From an uncultured Planctomycetia bacterium (lineage in GTDB: Bacteria; Omnitrophota; Gorgyraeia; 2-01-FULL-45-10), in NCBI GenBank assembly GCA_964450115.1, contig CAYVCD010000001.1, positions 8,410 through 72,409 of the forward strand: a stretch of DNA of 64,000 nt, read 5' to 3'. The notes under the pieces are model-generated. The model was not told where the DNA came from. It did not search any database and saw only the letters and a list, made by a program, of their open reading frames with translations. How positions within the stretch are numbered: position 1 is the first letter of the stretch; each line of letters begins with the position of its first letter. Below, one piece after another: positions 1 to 9,242 of the stretch. The translations under genes and the position numbers were made by a program.

Positions 1-2
1 TT

Positions 3-680
3 GAGCGCATGAATAGAGAGAGAGTTGTAAGGGTAGAGAGCAATGTATACAAGAGATCGCCCGGCAAAGTAATAGAAGATATTAAAGCAGGCTTAAAGAA
101 ACTCACATTACCGTCCGATACCATGGTCAATTTCGGCGGAGAAGCCGAGGAGCAGGGGAAGGCGTTCATGGACCTGACGCTTCTTTTGGTCCTGGGCATC
201 ATACTGGTCTACATGGTAATGGCGGCGCAGTTCGAGTCGCTGATAGATCCGTTAATAGTCATGTTCTCCGTGCCATTCACTTTCACCGGAGTATTGCTCG
301 GATTTTTGATCACCCGCACGACACTCAGCGTAACAACATTTCTAGGTATGGTAATGTTGATGGGCATAGTCGTGAATAACGCCATAGTACTGATAAGCTA
401 CATATCGATATTGCGCCAGAGGGGGTATTCCATGATCGAGGCCGTGACCTTGGGTGGAAAAGACAGATTAAGGCCCGTTCTCATGACGACTATCACGACC
501 CTGGCAGGACTTCTGCCCATGGCGCTTTCGCGTGGTGAAGGTTCGGAGACGTGGCAGCCCCTCGGAATAACGATGATAAGCGGGCTCACGCTATCCACTC
601 TTATAACTATGATATTTGTACCTACGCTGTATGCGGCGGTCGAGGGCCGTATGAAGAAGAAGGTAGAGGTTAAGCCATGA
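3..680 (+). CDS. RND efflux transporter permease (AcrB/AcrD/AcrF family), C-terminal part; gene starts upstream of the window
   Basis: QFESL..P..VM.SVP, GIVVNNAIVLI and RLRPVLMTT motifs with multiple TM helices; frame open from the window edge. Confidence 0.92.
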   Translation, partial: ERMNRERVVRVESNVYKRSPGKVIEDIKAGLKKLTLPSDTMVNFGGEAEEQGKAFMDLTLLLVLGIILVYMVMAAQFESLIDPLIVMFSVPFTFTGVLLGFLITRTTLSVTTFLGMVMLMGIVVNNAIVLISYISILRQRGYSMIEAVTLGGKDRLRPVLMTTITTLAGLLPMALSRGEGSETWQPLGITMISGLTLSTLITMIFVPTLYAAVEGRMKKKVEVKP

Positions 681-967
681 AGATGGTCATGATATCGTAT
701 AACGAGGCAGTCGAGGTCGAGGTCATGGGATCTCTTACCGAATGCGCTCTAAAGAATTACACAAAGATAACGGATACATACGGCAGCGGTTTGACTTCGG
801 GCACGCACCTGGGCAACGATATATGGCCCGGAAAGAACTGCATACTTTATGTTGCATGCGAAGATAAAGAGGCGAAGCAATTGTTGGCCTGCATAAAAGA
901 ACTGCGCAAGACCATCGGCAAGGAAGGTTTGAAGGCATTCCTTTTGCCGCTCGAGGATATGACATAG
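677..967 (+). CDS. PII-like small transporter-associated protein
   Basis: 96 aa, G.G..SG.H.G..IWPG.N pattern, overlaps the RND stop codon (ATGA). Confidence 0.7.
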   Translation: MKMVMISYNEAVEVEVMGSLTECALKNYTKITDTYGSGLTSGTHLGNDIWPGKNCILYVACEDKEAKQLLACIKELRKTIGKEGLKAFLLPLEDMT

Positions 968-970
968 CTG

Positions 971-1039
971 TGTCATACCCGCGAAAGCGGGTATCCATAC
1001 ATCAGCATTGTTTGGATTCCCGCTTGCGCGGGAATGACA
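971..1039. repeat. REP/RPE-like palindromic element (GTCATxCCCGCGxAAGCGGGxATCC...GGATTCCCGCTTxCGCGGGAATGAC family)
   Basis: Two inverted hairpin units; related copies at 2713-2739 and 31962-32038. Confidence 0.9.
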
Positions 1040-1065
1040 GTAATAATGAAAATGGAGGACTTTTG

Positions 1066-1545
1066 ATGAGCTTAGGAAATGTTTATCTGTCTCATGACGG
1101 TTACGAAAAATTAAGAAAAGAGCTTGAGCAATTAAAGACCACAAAACGCAGAGAGATATCAAAAGCTATCGGAGAGGCGCGCGCTCACGGGGACTTAAGC
1201 GAGAACGCCGAATATACATATGCCAAAGAGGCTCAGGGCATGAATGAGAAGAAGATATCAGAACTGGAAGAGAAGCTCTCGAGAGCGAAAATTATAGACG
1301 AGAGCGCGATGTCCAAGGATGAGATCCTGATAGGCGCGAAAGTGAAGCTTAAAGATATGGACTCCTCCGAAGAGCTGGAGTATTCTCTAGTCGCTGAGGA
1401 AGAGGCCGACTATTCCGCAGGCAAGATCTCCGTCACTTCGCCGGTCGGCGAGGCTCTTCTGGGTCACAAAGTGAGCGATACGGTCAAGATAAAGATACCT
1501 GCCGGCACATTAACGTATAAGGTGCTTAAAATAACTAGAGAATGA
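1066..1545 (+). CDS. greA: Transcription elongation factor GreA
   Basis: ARAHGDLSENAEY and ISVTSPVGEALLG motifs; GGAGG RBS before ATG 1066 (the ORF-track extension to 970 is translated repeat). Confidence 0.96.
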   Translation: MSLGNVYLSHDGYEKLRKELEQLKTTKRREISKAIGEARAHGDLSENAEYTYAKEAQGMNEKKISELEEKLSRAKIIDESAMSKDEILIGAKVKLKDMDSSEELEYSLVAEEEADYSAGKISVTSPVGEALLGHKVSDTVKIKIPAGTLTYKVLKITRE

Positions 1546-2693
1546 GCCGTCCCCTCTGTAAACATTTCGGAGTCTGCGGAGGATGTGATTCGCAGGACCT
1601 GCCTTACGAGAAACAATTAGAAGATAAAGAAGCCCGCCTGAGAGATATATTTTCCCAGTTCAATATCAAAGAGACAACGCGAATCATCCCTTCCCCGGAG
1701 ATCTACCACTACAGGAATAAGATGGAGTATGCTGTAGGCACGTGGGATGCCGTCAAAGTCGTCGGCTTAAGGGAGAAGAAGAGATTTTACCATGTGGTGG
1801 GCCTTGACGAGTGCAGGATATTCAGTAAAGACGTCTCTGATATATTTGGTATCTTTTCTAAATGGATCGCAGATAACAATATAGAACCGTATCATAACTC
1901 AAAAGGCACCGGACTTTTGAGGTACCTGGCGCTCAGGCATTCAAAACATTACGACGATATCATGGCTATAGTGGTCGCAAGATCGGACAAAATAGATAGA
2001 TCCTGCCTGGTAAGAGAATTGCGCAAATTCAAAAAGATAAGATCCATCTACTTATGCGTAAATGACGGGGTGTCCGATGTCTCGGTGGCGGGAGATCTAA
2101 AGCTTATAGATGGAGATGAGCGCATAAAAGAGAGGATCAACGGCATTGATTATTTTATAGGCCCTGAGTCCTTCTTCCAGACCAACTCCTACTGCTCGGG
2201 CTCTCTCTACGCGGCTATTAAAGAAGAGGCGAAAGGCATTGGAGGCAAGGCGCTCGATCTATGCTGCGGGCTGGGCGGCATAACGCTGCAGGTGGCGGAT
2301 ATATTCGCGTCATTGACCGGCGTGGATATATCGGCACGCAATATTGAAGACGCTCTCCTTAACGCAAGATCGAACAATATCGATAATGTGGATTTTATAT
2401 GCCAGGATGCAGAAAAATATATCCAGAATATCCATTCCTCAGGCGCCATCAAACAATTTTCCGCCATCATTCTTGATCCGCCGCGCGCCGGCCTTGGCAA
2501 GAAGACCAGAGTAGCCGTGCGCGACAGCCAGGTGAAGAATATCATATATGTGTCATGCAACCCAAAGAACCTGGCAGAAGACCTGAAGGTTCTTACAGAG
2601 GCTTACGACATAGAGAAGATGATCCCGGTCGACATGTTCCCTCATACGAAACATGCAGAGGTTATTGCTATTCTTAAATCGAATAAGGTATAA
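1542..2693 (+). CDS. rlmD: 23S rRNA (uracil-C5)-methyltransferase, RlmD/TrmA family
   Basis: C..FGVCGGC Fe-S motif, YRNKM, SFFQTN, LDPPRAG, YVSCNP, DMFPHT. Confidence 0.92.
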   Translation: MSRPLCKHFGVCGGCDSQDLPYEKQLEDKEARLRDIFSQFNIKETTRIIPSPEIYHYRNKMEYAVGTWDAVKVVGLREKKRFYHVVGLDECRIFSKDVSDIFGIFSKWIADNNIEPYHNSKGTGLLRYLALRHSKHYDDIMAIVVARSDKIDRSCLVRELRKFKKIRSIYLCVNDGVSDVSVAGDLKLIDGDERIKERINGIDYFIGPESFFQTNSYCSGSLYAAIKEEAKGIGGKALDLCCGLGGITLQVADIFASLTGVDISARNIEDALLNARSNNIDNVDFICQDAEKYIQNIHSSGAIKQFSAIILDPPRAGLGKKTRVAVRDSQVKNIIYVSCNPKNLAEDLKVLTEAYDIEKMIPVDMFPHTKHAEVIAILKSNKV

Positions 2694-2712
2694 TTACATT
2701 GATATCTACTAT

Positions 2713-2739
2713 TGTCATTCCCGCGTAAGCGGGAATCCA
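2713..2739. repeat. Single (half) copy of the REP/RPE-like palindrome
   Basis: tgtcattcccgcgtaagcgggaatcca matches the left arm of the 971-1039 element. Confidence 0.85.
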
Positions 2740-2741
2740 TT

Positions 2742-3515
2742 ATGCTAAAATATAAGATAATATCTATCTTCTTTGCGTCTTCCCTATGCGTCGTGTTGTT
2801 GGCGTATGCGGATACCGTATACTTAAAAAATGGCGGCAGCGTTTCCGGCGTTATAGAAAAAGAAGGCGATAATACGGTAGAGGTCAATACGGGTTTTGGC
2901 ACAGTCACTTTCAAGAAAGCCCAGATAAAGAATATCGAAAGGTCGAGCGCTGAAGAATCTCAGGAGATGGCCCAGGAGTGGGAAGAAGAGAGAGAGGAAT
3001 TGAAGTCCAAGGAGAAGGAGTTCGAAGAGGCGCGCGATAGTAGATTTAAGGGAGCCTACGAGAACTGGGTGGAGGAAGCGAAGGTGAAGAGAACCGAGGA
3101 AGGGCGCGTCACGAAGCAGATCGATATAAAGCATGAGCCCGGCGGCAAAGGCATAATAGTCGAGGTCTTGTTGAACAACAGCGTAAAGGTGAACCTGGTA
3201 TTGGATACTGGCGCGTCGATCATAGTCCTTTCGCGCAAAGCGGGCGAAAAGCTTGGTCTAGACCTTTCCGACACAAAGAAAGATGTTATGGAGATGCGTC
3301 TTGCCGATGGCAGCAAGGCTAAGGCCAGGGCGATGATCCTCGATAGCGTAAAGATAAAGGATGTCGAGGTAAAGGGCGTGATGGCGGCCATCCTGCTTGA
3401 CGAAGTTCCCACGATCGGTGTTACAGAAGGCCTTTTAGGGATGTCATTCTTAAATAAGTTCAACCTAAAGACGGACCTTAAGAATATGTCGATGAGCCTG
3501 GAAAGAATAGAATAA
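2742..3515 (+). CDS. Exported retropepsin-like (clan AA) aspartic protease
   Basis: Signal peptide, DTVYLKNG N-domain, LDTGAS catalytic motif, GLLGMSFL. Confidence 0.85.
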   Translation: MLKYKIISIFFASSLCVVLLAYADTVYLKNGGSVSGVIEKEGDNTVEVNTGFGTVTFKKAQIKNIERSSAEESQEMAQEWEEEREELKSKEKEFEEARDSRFKGAYENWVEEAKVKRTEEGRVTKQIDIKHEPGGKGIIVEVLLNNSVKVNLVLDTGASIIVLSRKAGEKLGLDLSDTKKDVMEMRLADGSKAKARAMILDSVKIKDVEVKGVMAAILLDEVPTIGVTEGLLGMSFLNKFNLKTDLKNMSMSLERIE

Positions 3516-3533
3516 TATATAAAGGAGCCCGAA

Positions 3534-3917
3534 ATGAAAGTCAGGATATATTATCATGATACTGATTGCGGCGGGGTGGTGTATTACGCAAATTATTTGA
3601 AATATCTGGAAGAGGCAAGGAGCGAATATTTTGAAGAGCGCGGCCTCATCATAAAGGATATGTTGAAGGATGGCATAGGTTTTGTGGTGGCGCGGCAGGA
3701 GATAGACTACAAGTCGCCTTCTTTTTACGGAGACACTCTGGAGGTGAAGACGCGCATCACGGATGCGACGTTGACGAGGGTCAATTTCGAATATGATATA
3801 GTTAAGGACTCCGGCGCTCTTGTGGCAAGCGCCAAGACGGTGATAGTATTTGTGGATAAGACACTCAAGCCAAAGAGAATACCGGAGGATATACTGAAGA
3901 AACTGGAGACGAAATGA
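3534..3917 (+). CDS. YbgC/FadM-family acyl-CoA thioesterase
   Basis: YYHDTDCGGVVYYANYLKYLEEAR hot-dog motif. Confidence 0.92.
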   Translation: MKVRIYYHDTDCGGVVYYANYLKYLEEARSEYFEERGLIIKDMLKDGIGFVVARQEIDYKSPSFYGDTLEVKTRITDATLTRVNFEYDIVKDSGALVASAKTVIVFVDKTLKPKRIPEDILKKLETK

Positions 3918-4846
3918 AGGTAGGCGATTGCGAAATAAAAATTATACATAGCGATATCACCGGTGTGGCCGTCGATGCTATCGTCAATGCCGCTAATAAT
4001 AAATTGCGGATGGGCGGCGGCGTTGCCGGCGCTATTAAAAAGGCAGGCGGTACCTCAATAGAGGAAGAGGCCGTTAAGAAGGGCCCTATCGAGATAGGCG
4101 GCGCGGTAGCGACCGGAGCGGGCTCACTCAAGGCGCGTTATGTCATTCACGCGGCGACTATGGGGCTGGATCATAAGACCGATGAGATAAAGATAAGGAA
4201 TTCATGCGCCAGCGCATTCAAGGTGGCGGACGAATTAAAGATCAAGTCGATCGCCTTTCCGGCTCTCGGATGCGGGGTCGGCGGTTTTCCTCTGAAGGCG
4301 AGCGCCAAGATAATGGCGCAGGAAGTCATGAAGCATCTACGAGAAAATAAAACATCTTTAAAAGAGATCGTATTCTGCATGCGCGAAAAAGAGGCCTATG
4401 AGATATTCGATAAGAATGTCGCCGGATATATCGATTACATGCTGACCAAGCAGGGCAGGGGCCCATTCGTGGCAGTCGACGCCATCATAGAGATCGACGG
4501 CGGCATAGTGATAATAGAGCGCTCCAACCCGCCGTTCGGATGGGCGCTGCCGGGCGGATTCGTGGATAACTACGAGAGCCTCGAGGATGCGGTGAAGCGC
4601 GAGATGAAAGAGGAGACTTCGCTCGAGCTGCTTGATCTCAAACAGTTCCACGCATATTCAAAACCGGGCCGAGACCCGCGCTTCCACACGATAGGCATAG
4701 TCTTCACGGCAAAAGGTAAGGGAACGCCCAAGGCAGGAGACGACGCGGCCAATCTAAAAGTCATCAAGCTAACCGACATAGACAATATCCCATTCGCCTT
4801 CGACCACAATCAAGTCCTCAAAGACTACCTCGCAAACAGGAAATAA
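3914..4846 (+). CDS. Macrodomain-Nudix hydrolase fusion
   Basis: DAIVNAAN..L.MGGGVAGAI and FPALGCGVGG macrodomain motifs; Nudix box GGFVDNYESLEDAVKREMKEET. Confidence 0.9.
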   Translation: MKVGDCEIKIIHSDITGVAVDAIVNAANNKLRMGGGVAGAIKKAGGTSIEEEAVKKGPIEIGGAVATGAGSLKARYVIHAATMGLDHKTDEIKIRNSCASAFKVADELKIKSIAFPALGCGVGGFPLKASAKIMAQEVMKHLRENKTSLKEIVFCMREKEAYEIFDKNVAGYIDYMLTKQGRGPFVAVDAIIEIDGGIVIIERSNPPFGWALPGGFVDNYESLEDAVKREMKEETSLELLDLKQFHAYSKPGRDPRFHTIGIVFTAKGKGTPKAGDDAANLKVIKLTDIDNIPFAFDHNQVLKDYLANRK

Positions 4847-4882
4847 TCACATCCTTAGAATTAATTTTTCACCTCAACCATT

Positions 4883-5079
4883 AGGCGGGAACTTACGGTG
4901 CCCGCCTTCCGCTTGACGCAAATTGCATTAGGCATGCAATTTGCTATGTAAAAATTCTGACAAAAATTCAGCCCTAAGACTTATTCCAGCATCATTGGTC
5001 GTCTGAATTTTTTCTGTACCGCCATAAGGTGTCAGAATTTTTGACATTCGCTCCAGGCGGATCACCGTAAGTTCCGCCT
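4883..5079. repeat. Structured palindromic element A (multibranched)
   Basis: Terminal stem aggcgggaacttacggtg / caccgtaagttccgcct; inner gcaaattgcat/atgcaatttgc and aaaattctgaca/tgtcagaatttt. Confidence 0.8.
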
Positions 5080-5104
5080 TCAGTATGAATGAAAAATTTC
5101 TAGT

Positions 5105-5446
5105 GCTGGCAGGCGAGACCTTGCGGGGTGGTTGCCGGAGCGGCGTTACAAATTTCACTTCGCTCTACGCGAGAAATCCCCGAGCTCCGTGGAATTTCCT
5201 ACTTGTAAGCGAGGGAAATTTTGATACCTTATGGCAATATAGAAAGGCCGGACAAACTGCTCAAGCTATGTATGGTTGGCAGGTTGGACGGCCATCAAAA
5301 TTTGTCCGAGCAAATTTACTTGCCTAATGTAAATTTCACTTCGCTCTCCATGAGGAATCCCCGAGCTTCGTGGAATTTCCTACTCGTAAGCGAGGGAAAT
5401 TTGCGTCCGCGCAGGCAATTACCCCGCAAGGTCACCGCCTGCTGGC
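5105..5446 (+). repeat. Structured element B, copy 1 (about 340 nt; MITE-like or ncRNA)
   Basis: Long terminal stem, two internal ~72-nt direct-repeat hairpins (5150-5221, 5331-5402); near-identical copy 4137 nt downstream. Confidence 0.88.
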
Positions 5447-5478
5447 TAATGTAAATTCAAATCAACTTAGGAAATTTC

Positions 5479-5516
5479 GAAGAGCTTGGTCTTTGAGGTT
5501 TCGCCGCTCTTTTTAT
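5479..5516 (+). terminator. Possible intrinsic terminator
   Basis: aagagc...gctctt stem followed by a T-rich tract. Confidence 0.4.
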
Positions 5517-5555
5517 TGGCTAAATCAATTATTTTGAACTATAATTGAAACCAAT

Positions 5556-7433
5556 ATGATATATGACCGTTTTCAGCAGGAGGCGATCGAGCACATAAAT
5601 AACGGTTATTCTGTTATCGTCTCCGCTCCCACCGGCGCCGGCAAGACGGCCATCGCCGAACATGTCATCAGTAAATGCCTGGATGAGAAGATAGGCGTGA
5701 TATACACGGCGCCGTTAAAAGCGCTCTCGAACCAGAAGTTCCGGGACTTCCAGGTGAACTTCAAGGACGACATAGGCATCCTTACCGGCGACGTCTCCCT
5801 TAACGCCAGCGCGCCCGTTCTTATAATGACCACCGAGATATTCCGCAATAAGATCCTAGATGACCCGGAGAGCCTCGCGCAGTATCAATGGATCATATTC
5901 GACGAGATACACTATATAGATAACCCCGAGCGCGGGACGGTCTGGGAAGAGTCCCTGATATTCCTGCCCAAGCACATGAAGATACTCGGCCTTTCAGCGA
6001 CGATACCTAATATAAAAGAGTTCGCCTCCTGGATAGAGTCCATCCATAAGAAAGAGGTCAAGGTCGTCATTGAAGAGACCAGACCCGTGCCGCTACACTT
6101 CTTCTACCAGTGCCATAACCAGGTGGTCGATAAGATAGAGCTCTTGAGGAAGATGCGCATGAGAAAGCCGAACATCCTCAGGACCATCATACACTACATA
6201 AGGCAGAAGAACGGCCTGCCCTGTATATACTTCGTATTCGGCAGACGGCGCGCCGAAGAACTTGCATTTGAACTCTTCAGTGAAAACTTCCTTACTAAGG
6301 AAGAGGAGATCAAGATAAGGGATATGTACGACTCTCTTTGCGAGCACTACGATCTCTTACACGAAAAGACGGCAAACTCCATGAGACAGCTGATAACCAG
6401 GGGCATAGCCTATCATCACGCCGGAATGCTCCCCACCCTCAAAGAGGTGGTGGAGAGGTTATTTACGAGCAGGCTCTTGAAGGTCATCTTCACCACGGAA
6501 ACATTCGCTCTCGGCATAAATATGCCGAGCCGCTCCGTAGTATTCGATGACTTGAGAAAGTTCTACGGCAGCTTCATCAGAAATCTGAAGACGCGCGATT
6601 TTTACCAGATGGCCGGACGGGCCGGAAGGCGCGGCATAGATACCGAGGGTTTTGTATACTGCCGTATAAATCCGAGACGGATCGAGTTTCCGGAAGTGCG
6701 TAGAATTATTTACGGAAAACCGGAAGAGGTAAAGAGCCAGTTCAATACATCATACGCCACTATCCTGAATCTTTATGAAGAGCATAAAGAGGACCTGTAC
6801 AAAATATATCCTTTCTCGCTGCATTATTATCAGAGTAAAATTCACCATCAGCGCGAAGCGCTGCGACTTATGGAGTCGAAGCTGAAGCTATTGAAAGAGC
6901 TCGGCCACATAGAGAACGGCATCCTCACGCCGAAGGGGATGTTCGCTAAAGCAGTTTATGGTTACGAGCTTTTGCTGGGAGAGTTCTTCCAGGAGAATAT
7001 TTTTGAACAGCTCGATGAGCTGGGCATAGGCATGCTGGCAGCCGGCGTAGTCTTTGAACCGAGGAAGAATCAGAGCGGAGTGGGGGTACCCAAAGAAGGC
7101 GTCCAGTTGGAAAAGATGTGTCGCGACATCCACGAGAATATAAGGCGTCAAGAGATAAAGTATAAGATCTATCCATTCTCCAAGGCACCCCATTTTCATA
7201 TGGCGAAAGCTATAAATATGTGGATGCGCGGTGAGAAGTTCGCTCAAGTCCTGCGTTTTACCGATACGGATGAGGGGGAGGTCGTGCGATATTTCCGCAT
7301 GTCTATACAGATACTGCGCGAAATGGCGGACTCCGAAGCCTCATCATATCTATTGAAGGACAGGATAAAAAATACCATACGCCTGATAAACCGCGATGTT
7401 GTAGATGCGGAGAAACAGCTTCGCGAGGGATAG
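5556..7433 (+). CDS. Ski2/HelY-like DExH-box RNA helicase
   Basis: APTGAGKT, PLKALSNQK, DEIH, LSAT, HHAG, TETFALGINMP, QMAGRAGRRG; DSHCT-like C-terminus. Confidence 0.93.
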   Translation: MIYDRFQQEAIEHINNGYSVIVSAPTGAGKTAIAEHVISKCLDEKIGVIYTAPLKALSNQKFRDFQVNFKDDIGILTGDVSLNASAPVLIMTTEIFRNKILDDPESLAQYQWIIFDEIHYIDNPERGTVWEESLIFLPKHMKILGLSATIPNIKEFASWIESIHKKEVKVVIEETRPVPLHFFYQCHNQVVDKIELLRKMRMRKPNILRTIIHYIRQKNGLPCIYFVFGRRRAEELAFELFSENFLTKEEEIKIRDMYDSLCEHYDLLHEKTANSMRQLITRGIAYHHAGMLPTLKEVVERLFTSRLLKVIFTTETFALGINMPSRSVVFDDLRKFYGSFIRNLKTRDFYQMAGRAGRRGIDTEGFVYCRINPRRIEFPEVRRIIYGKPEEVKSQFNTSYATILNLYEEHKEDLYKIYPFSLHYYQSKIHHQREALRLMESKLKLLKELGHIENGILTPKGMFAKAVYGYELLLGEFFQENIFEQLDELGIGMLAAGVVFEPRKNQSGVGVPKEGVQLEKMCRDIHENIRRQEIKYKIYPFSKAPHFHMAKAINMWMRGEKFAQVLRFTDTDEGEVVRYFRMSIQILREMADSEASSYLLKDRIKNTIRLINRDVVDAEKQLREG

Positions 7434-7513
7434 GATTATTATATATTGAAGTTTTGTATTTTTTGGAGTAGAATATACCCGTTAATTAAAAACCGCAAAT
7501 TAGGAGAATCACC

Positions 7514-8455
7514 ATGAAAAGAGTCGTATCCCTCATATTAATGTCCCTCTTCGTAATCGTTTCGGTCGGCTATAGCTACGCTGCGGAGCTTGAAGGAAAA
7601 CATAAGGCCCAAATGGACGAGATGCAGAAGAAGTTCCATTGGTGGCCGACGGACGCCAAACCCAATCCCGTGAAAGATGAGCGCGGCGGATACTGGTGGT
7701 GGCCTAAAGATAAAGGCACGACAAGCGGACTATGGGGCAATAGAGGATATGTTTACGTATACAAGATAATTTATGACTACAAAGAGGGCCTGCCGGAGCC
7801 TAAGAAAGACGAGCTCAGGGCGTCGCTCCTGGTAAAGAAGATACATAAGAACGTAAAGGTATATTTTGATTTCGATAAGTCAGAGATCCGCGATGATGCC
7901 ATTTCCGTGCTTGAGCAAGGCGTGGCGCTGCTGAATAAGAATCCCGAAACAAACATATTGATTACAGGGAATTGTGATCAGCGCGGGAGCGAAAAATATA
8001 ATGAGAAACTGGGCTTACGGCGCGGAGAGAGCGTAAAGAAGTTCATGGTGGATAAGGGCATACCCGAAGATCGTATAAAGATCGTAAGCCGCGGCAAGCT
8101 CGATGCCATCGCATATGTTAAAGATCTTTTAGGGATGGCCAAGGACAGGAATGCGCAGTTTATGGTGGCCGAGGTAGAAGAGATCAATATCCCATATGCC
8201 GGCGATATACCTGAGGGCGCTACAGCAGTTGAGGAAGGCAAATATATAGAGGAGAAAGAGGTGATAGTCGAGTCCGAGCCTAAAGTCTCAACCAGGGAAT
8301 ATATCATCAAGCAGAACGACTCCCTCTGGAAGATAGCCCAGAGCCAGTTGGGCAGCGGACATCGCTGGAAATATCTGTACGAACTGAACAAAGACAGGAT
8401 AAAGAACCCGAAGAAACTAAAAGCAGGTACGACGATAATAATACCTGTAGAATAG
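7514..8455 (+). CDS. Exported OmpA-like peptidoglycan-binding + LysM protein
   Basis: Signal peptide; VYFDFDK...ITGNCD.RG...YN..LG.RR OmpA-C domain; DSLWKIA...LYELN LysM. Confidence 0.88.
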   Translation: MKRVVSLILMSLFVIVSVGYSYAAELEGKHKAQMDEMQKKFHWWPTDAKPNPVKDERGGYWWWPKDKGTTSGLWGNRGYVYVYKIIYDYKEGLPEPKKDELRASLLVKKIHKNVKVYFDFDKSEIRDDAISVLEQGVALLNKNPETNILITGNCDQRGSEKYNEKLGLRRGESVKKFMVDKGIPEDRIKIVSRGKLDAIAYVKDLLGMAKDRNAQFMVAEVEEINIPYAGDIPEGATAVEEGKYIEEKEVIVESEPKVSTREYIIKQNDSLWKIAQSQLGSGHRWKYLYELNKDRIKNPKKLKAGTTIIIPVE

Positions 8456-8460
8456 GTCAT

Positions 8461-8949
8461 ATGATAGAGGTAGATTCGGCAGCCATAAAGCTCTCGAGCC
8501 TTTTAAAAGAGAATCTTATAGAACTAGGGCTTGAGGGCAAAGATAAAACAGAGATAATAGACGAGTTAGTAGATATAATAATCAAGTCGGGCAAGTCAAA
8601 GAACAAGAAGGCTCTCGCGGCCGCTATAATGGGGCGCGAAAATCTGGGGTCTACGGCCATAGGCAACGGCGTCGCCGTGCCTCACGCCAAGATCGACGGT
8701 ATAAGACAGACGGTGCTGGCCTTCGGCAGGTCGGCCGTCGGGGTGGACTTCAACTCCCTGGACGGCGAAAAGACGCACCTCTTCTTCATGCTTATATCGC
8801 CGAAAGAGGATATAGGCTCCCATCTAAAGATACTCGCAAAGATATCGCACCTCATCAAAGACCGCTTCATGGTAGGCCTCTTCAAAAAAGCTCATAGCAA
8901 AAAAGAAGTCCTCTCAATGATCACCAATCTGGAAAAGTCCTCAAAGTAA
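8461..8949 (+). CDS. PTS IIA (nitrogen/fructose-type) domain protein
   Basis: RE.LGSTAIGNGVAVPHAK phospho-His motif, DF.SLDG, HLKILAKI. Confidence 0.92.
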   Translation: MIEVDSAAIKLSSLLKENLIELGLEGKDKTEIIDELVDIIIKSGKSKNKKALAAAIMGRENLGSTAIGNGVAVPHAKIDGIRQTVLAFGRSAVGVDFNSLDGEKTHLFFMLISPKEDIGSHLKILAKISHLIKDRFMVGLFKKAHSKKEVLSMITNLEKSSK

Positions 8950-8963
8950 ACAGTTTTTAAGCT

Positions 8964-9230
8964 CAGGCAGGCATCGACCTCGCGGGGCCAACTCTCAAAA
9001 CCTAAGCCTTGTTATGTTCCGCACAAGGCCACCTAATAAGGTGGCAGGAAAAATGTTTCCCCTCACAGTAAAGCTTGAGGTCGGTCTTTTGCTCAGTCGA
9101 AAAACGGGGGCCTGCGGAACTCCCCCGCCAGAGGCGGGGTCAGACATCCTCGGCCCTTTTTAACCGTTTTTCTCCATCACAAAAGACCTAACATTTTTAT
9201 TGTGCGTCACATAACGAAGGCTTAGGTTTT
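8964..9230. repeat. Structured palindromic element C, nested with element B copy 2
   Basis: aaaacctaagcctttgttatgt / acataacgaaggcttaggtttt outer stem and at least five nested stems; begins with a B-type left end. Confidence 0.8.
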
Positions 9231-9242
9231 ACAGCACATAAC

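Noticed and set aside
970-1065. N-terminal extensions of GreA (and of the 2712 ORF) reading SYPRKR/SFPRKRES
   Set aside because: These are translated palindromic repeat; better downstream starts exist at 1066 (with RBS) and 2742.
5150-5402. Two ~72-nt direct repeats with a spacer as a possible CRISPR array
   Set aside because: Repeats are too long, there are only two units, the spacer is identical in the second copy at 9.3 kb, and no cas genes are present.
5085-5454. Short ORFs 5085-5327 and 5221-5454 (also 4928-5158 and 9358-9654)
   Set aside because: They are translations of the structured repeats with no RBS, and the two copies diverge in frame at the 3' end.
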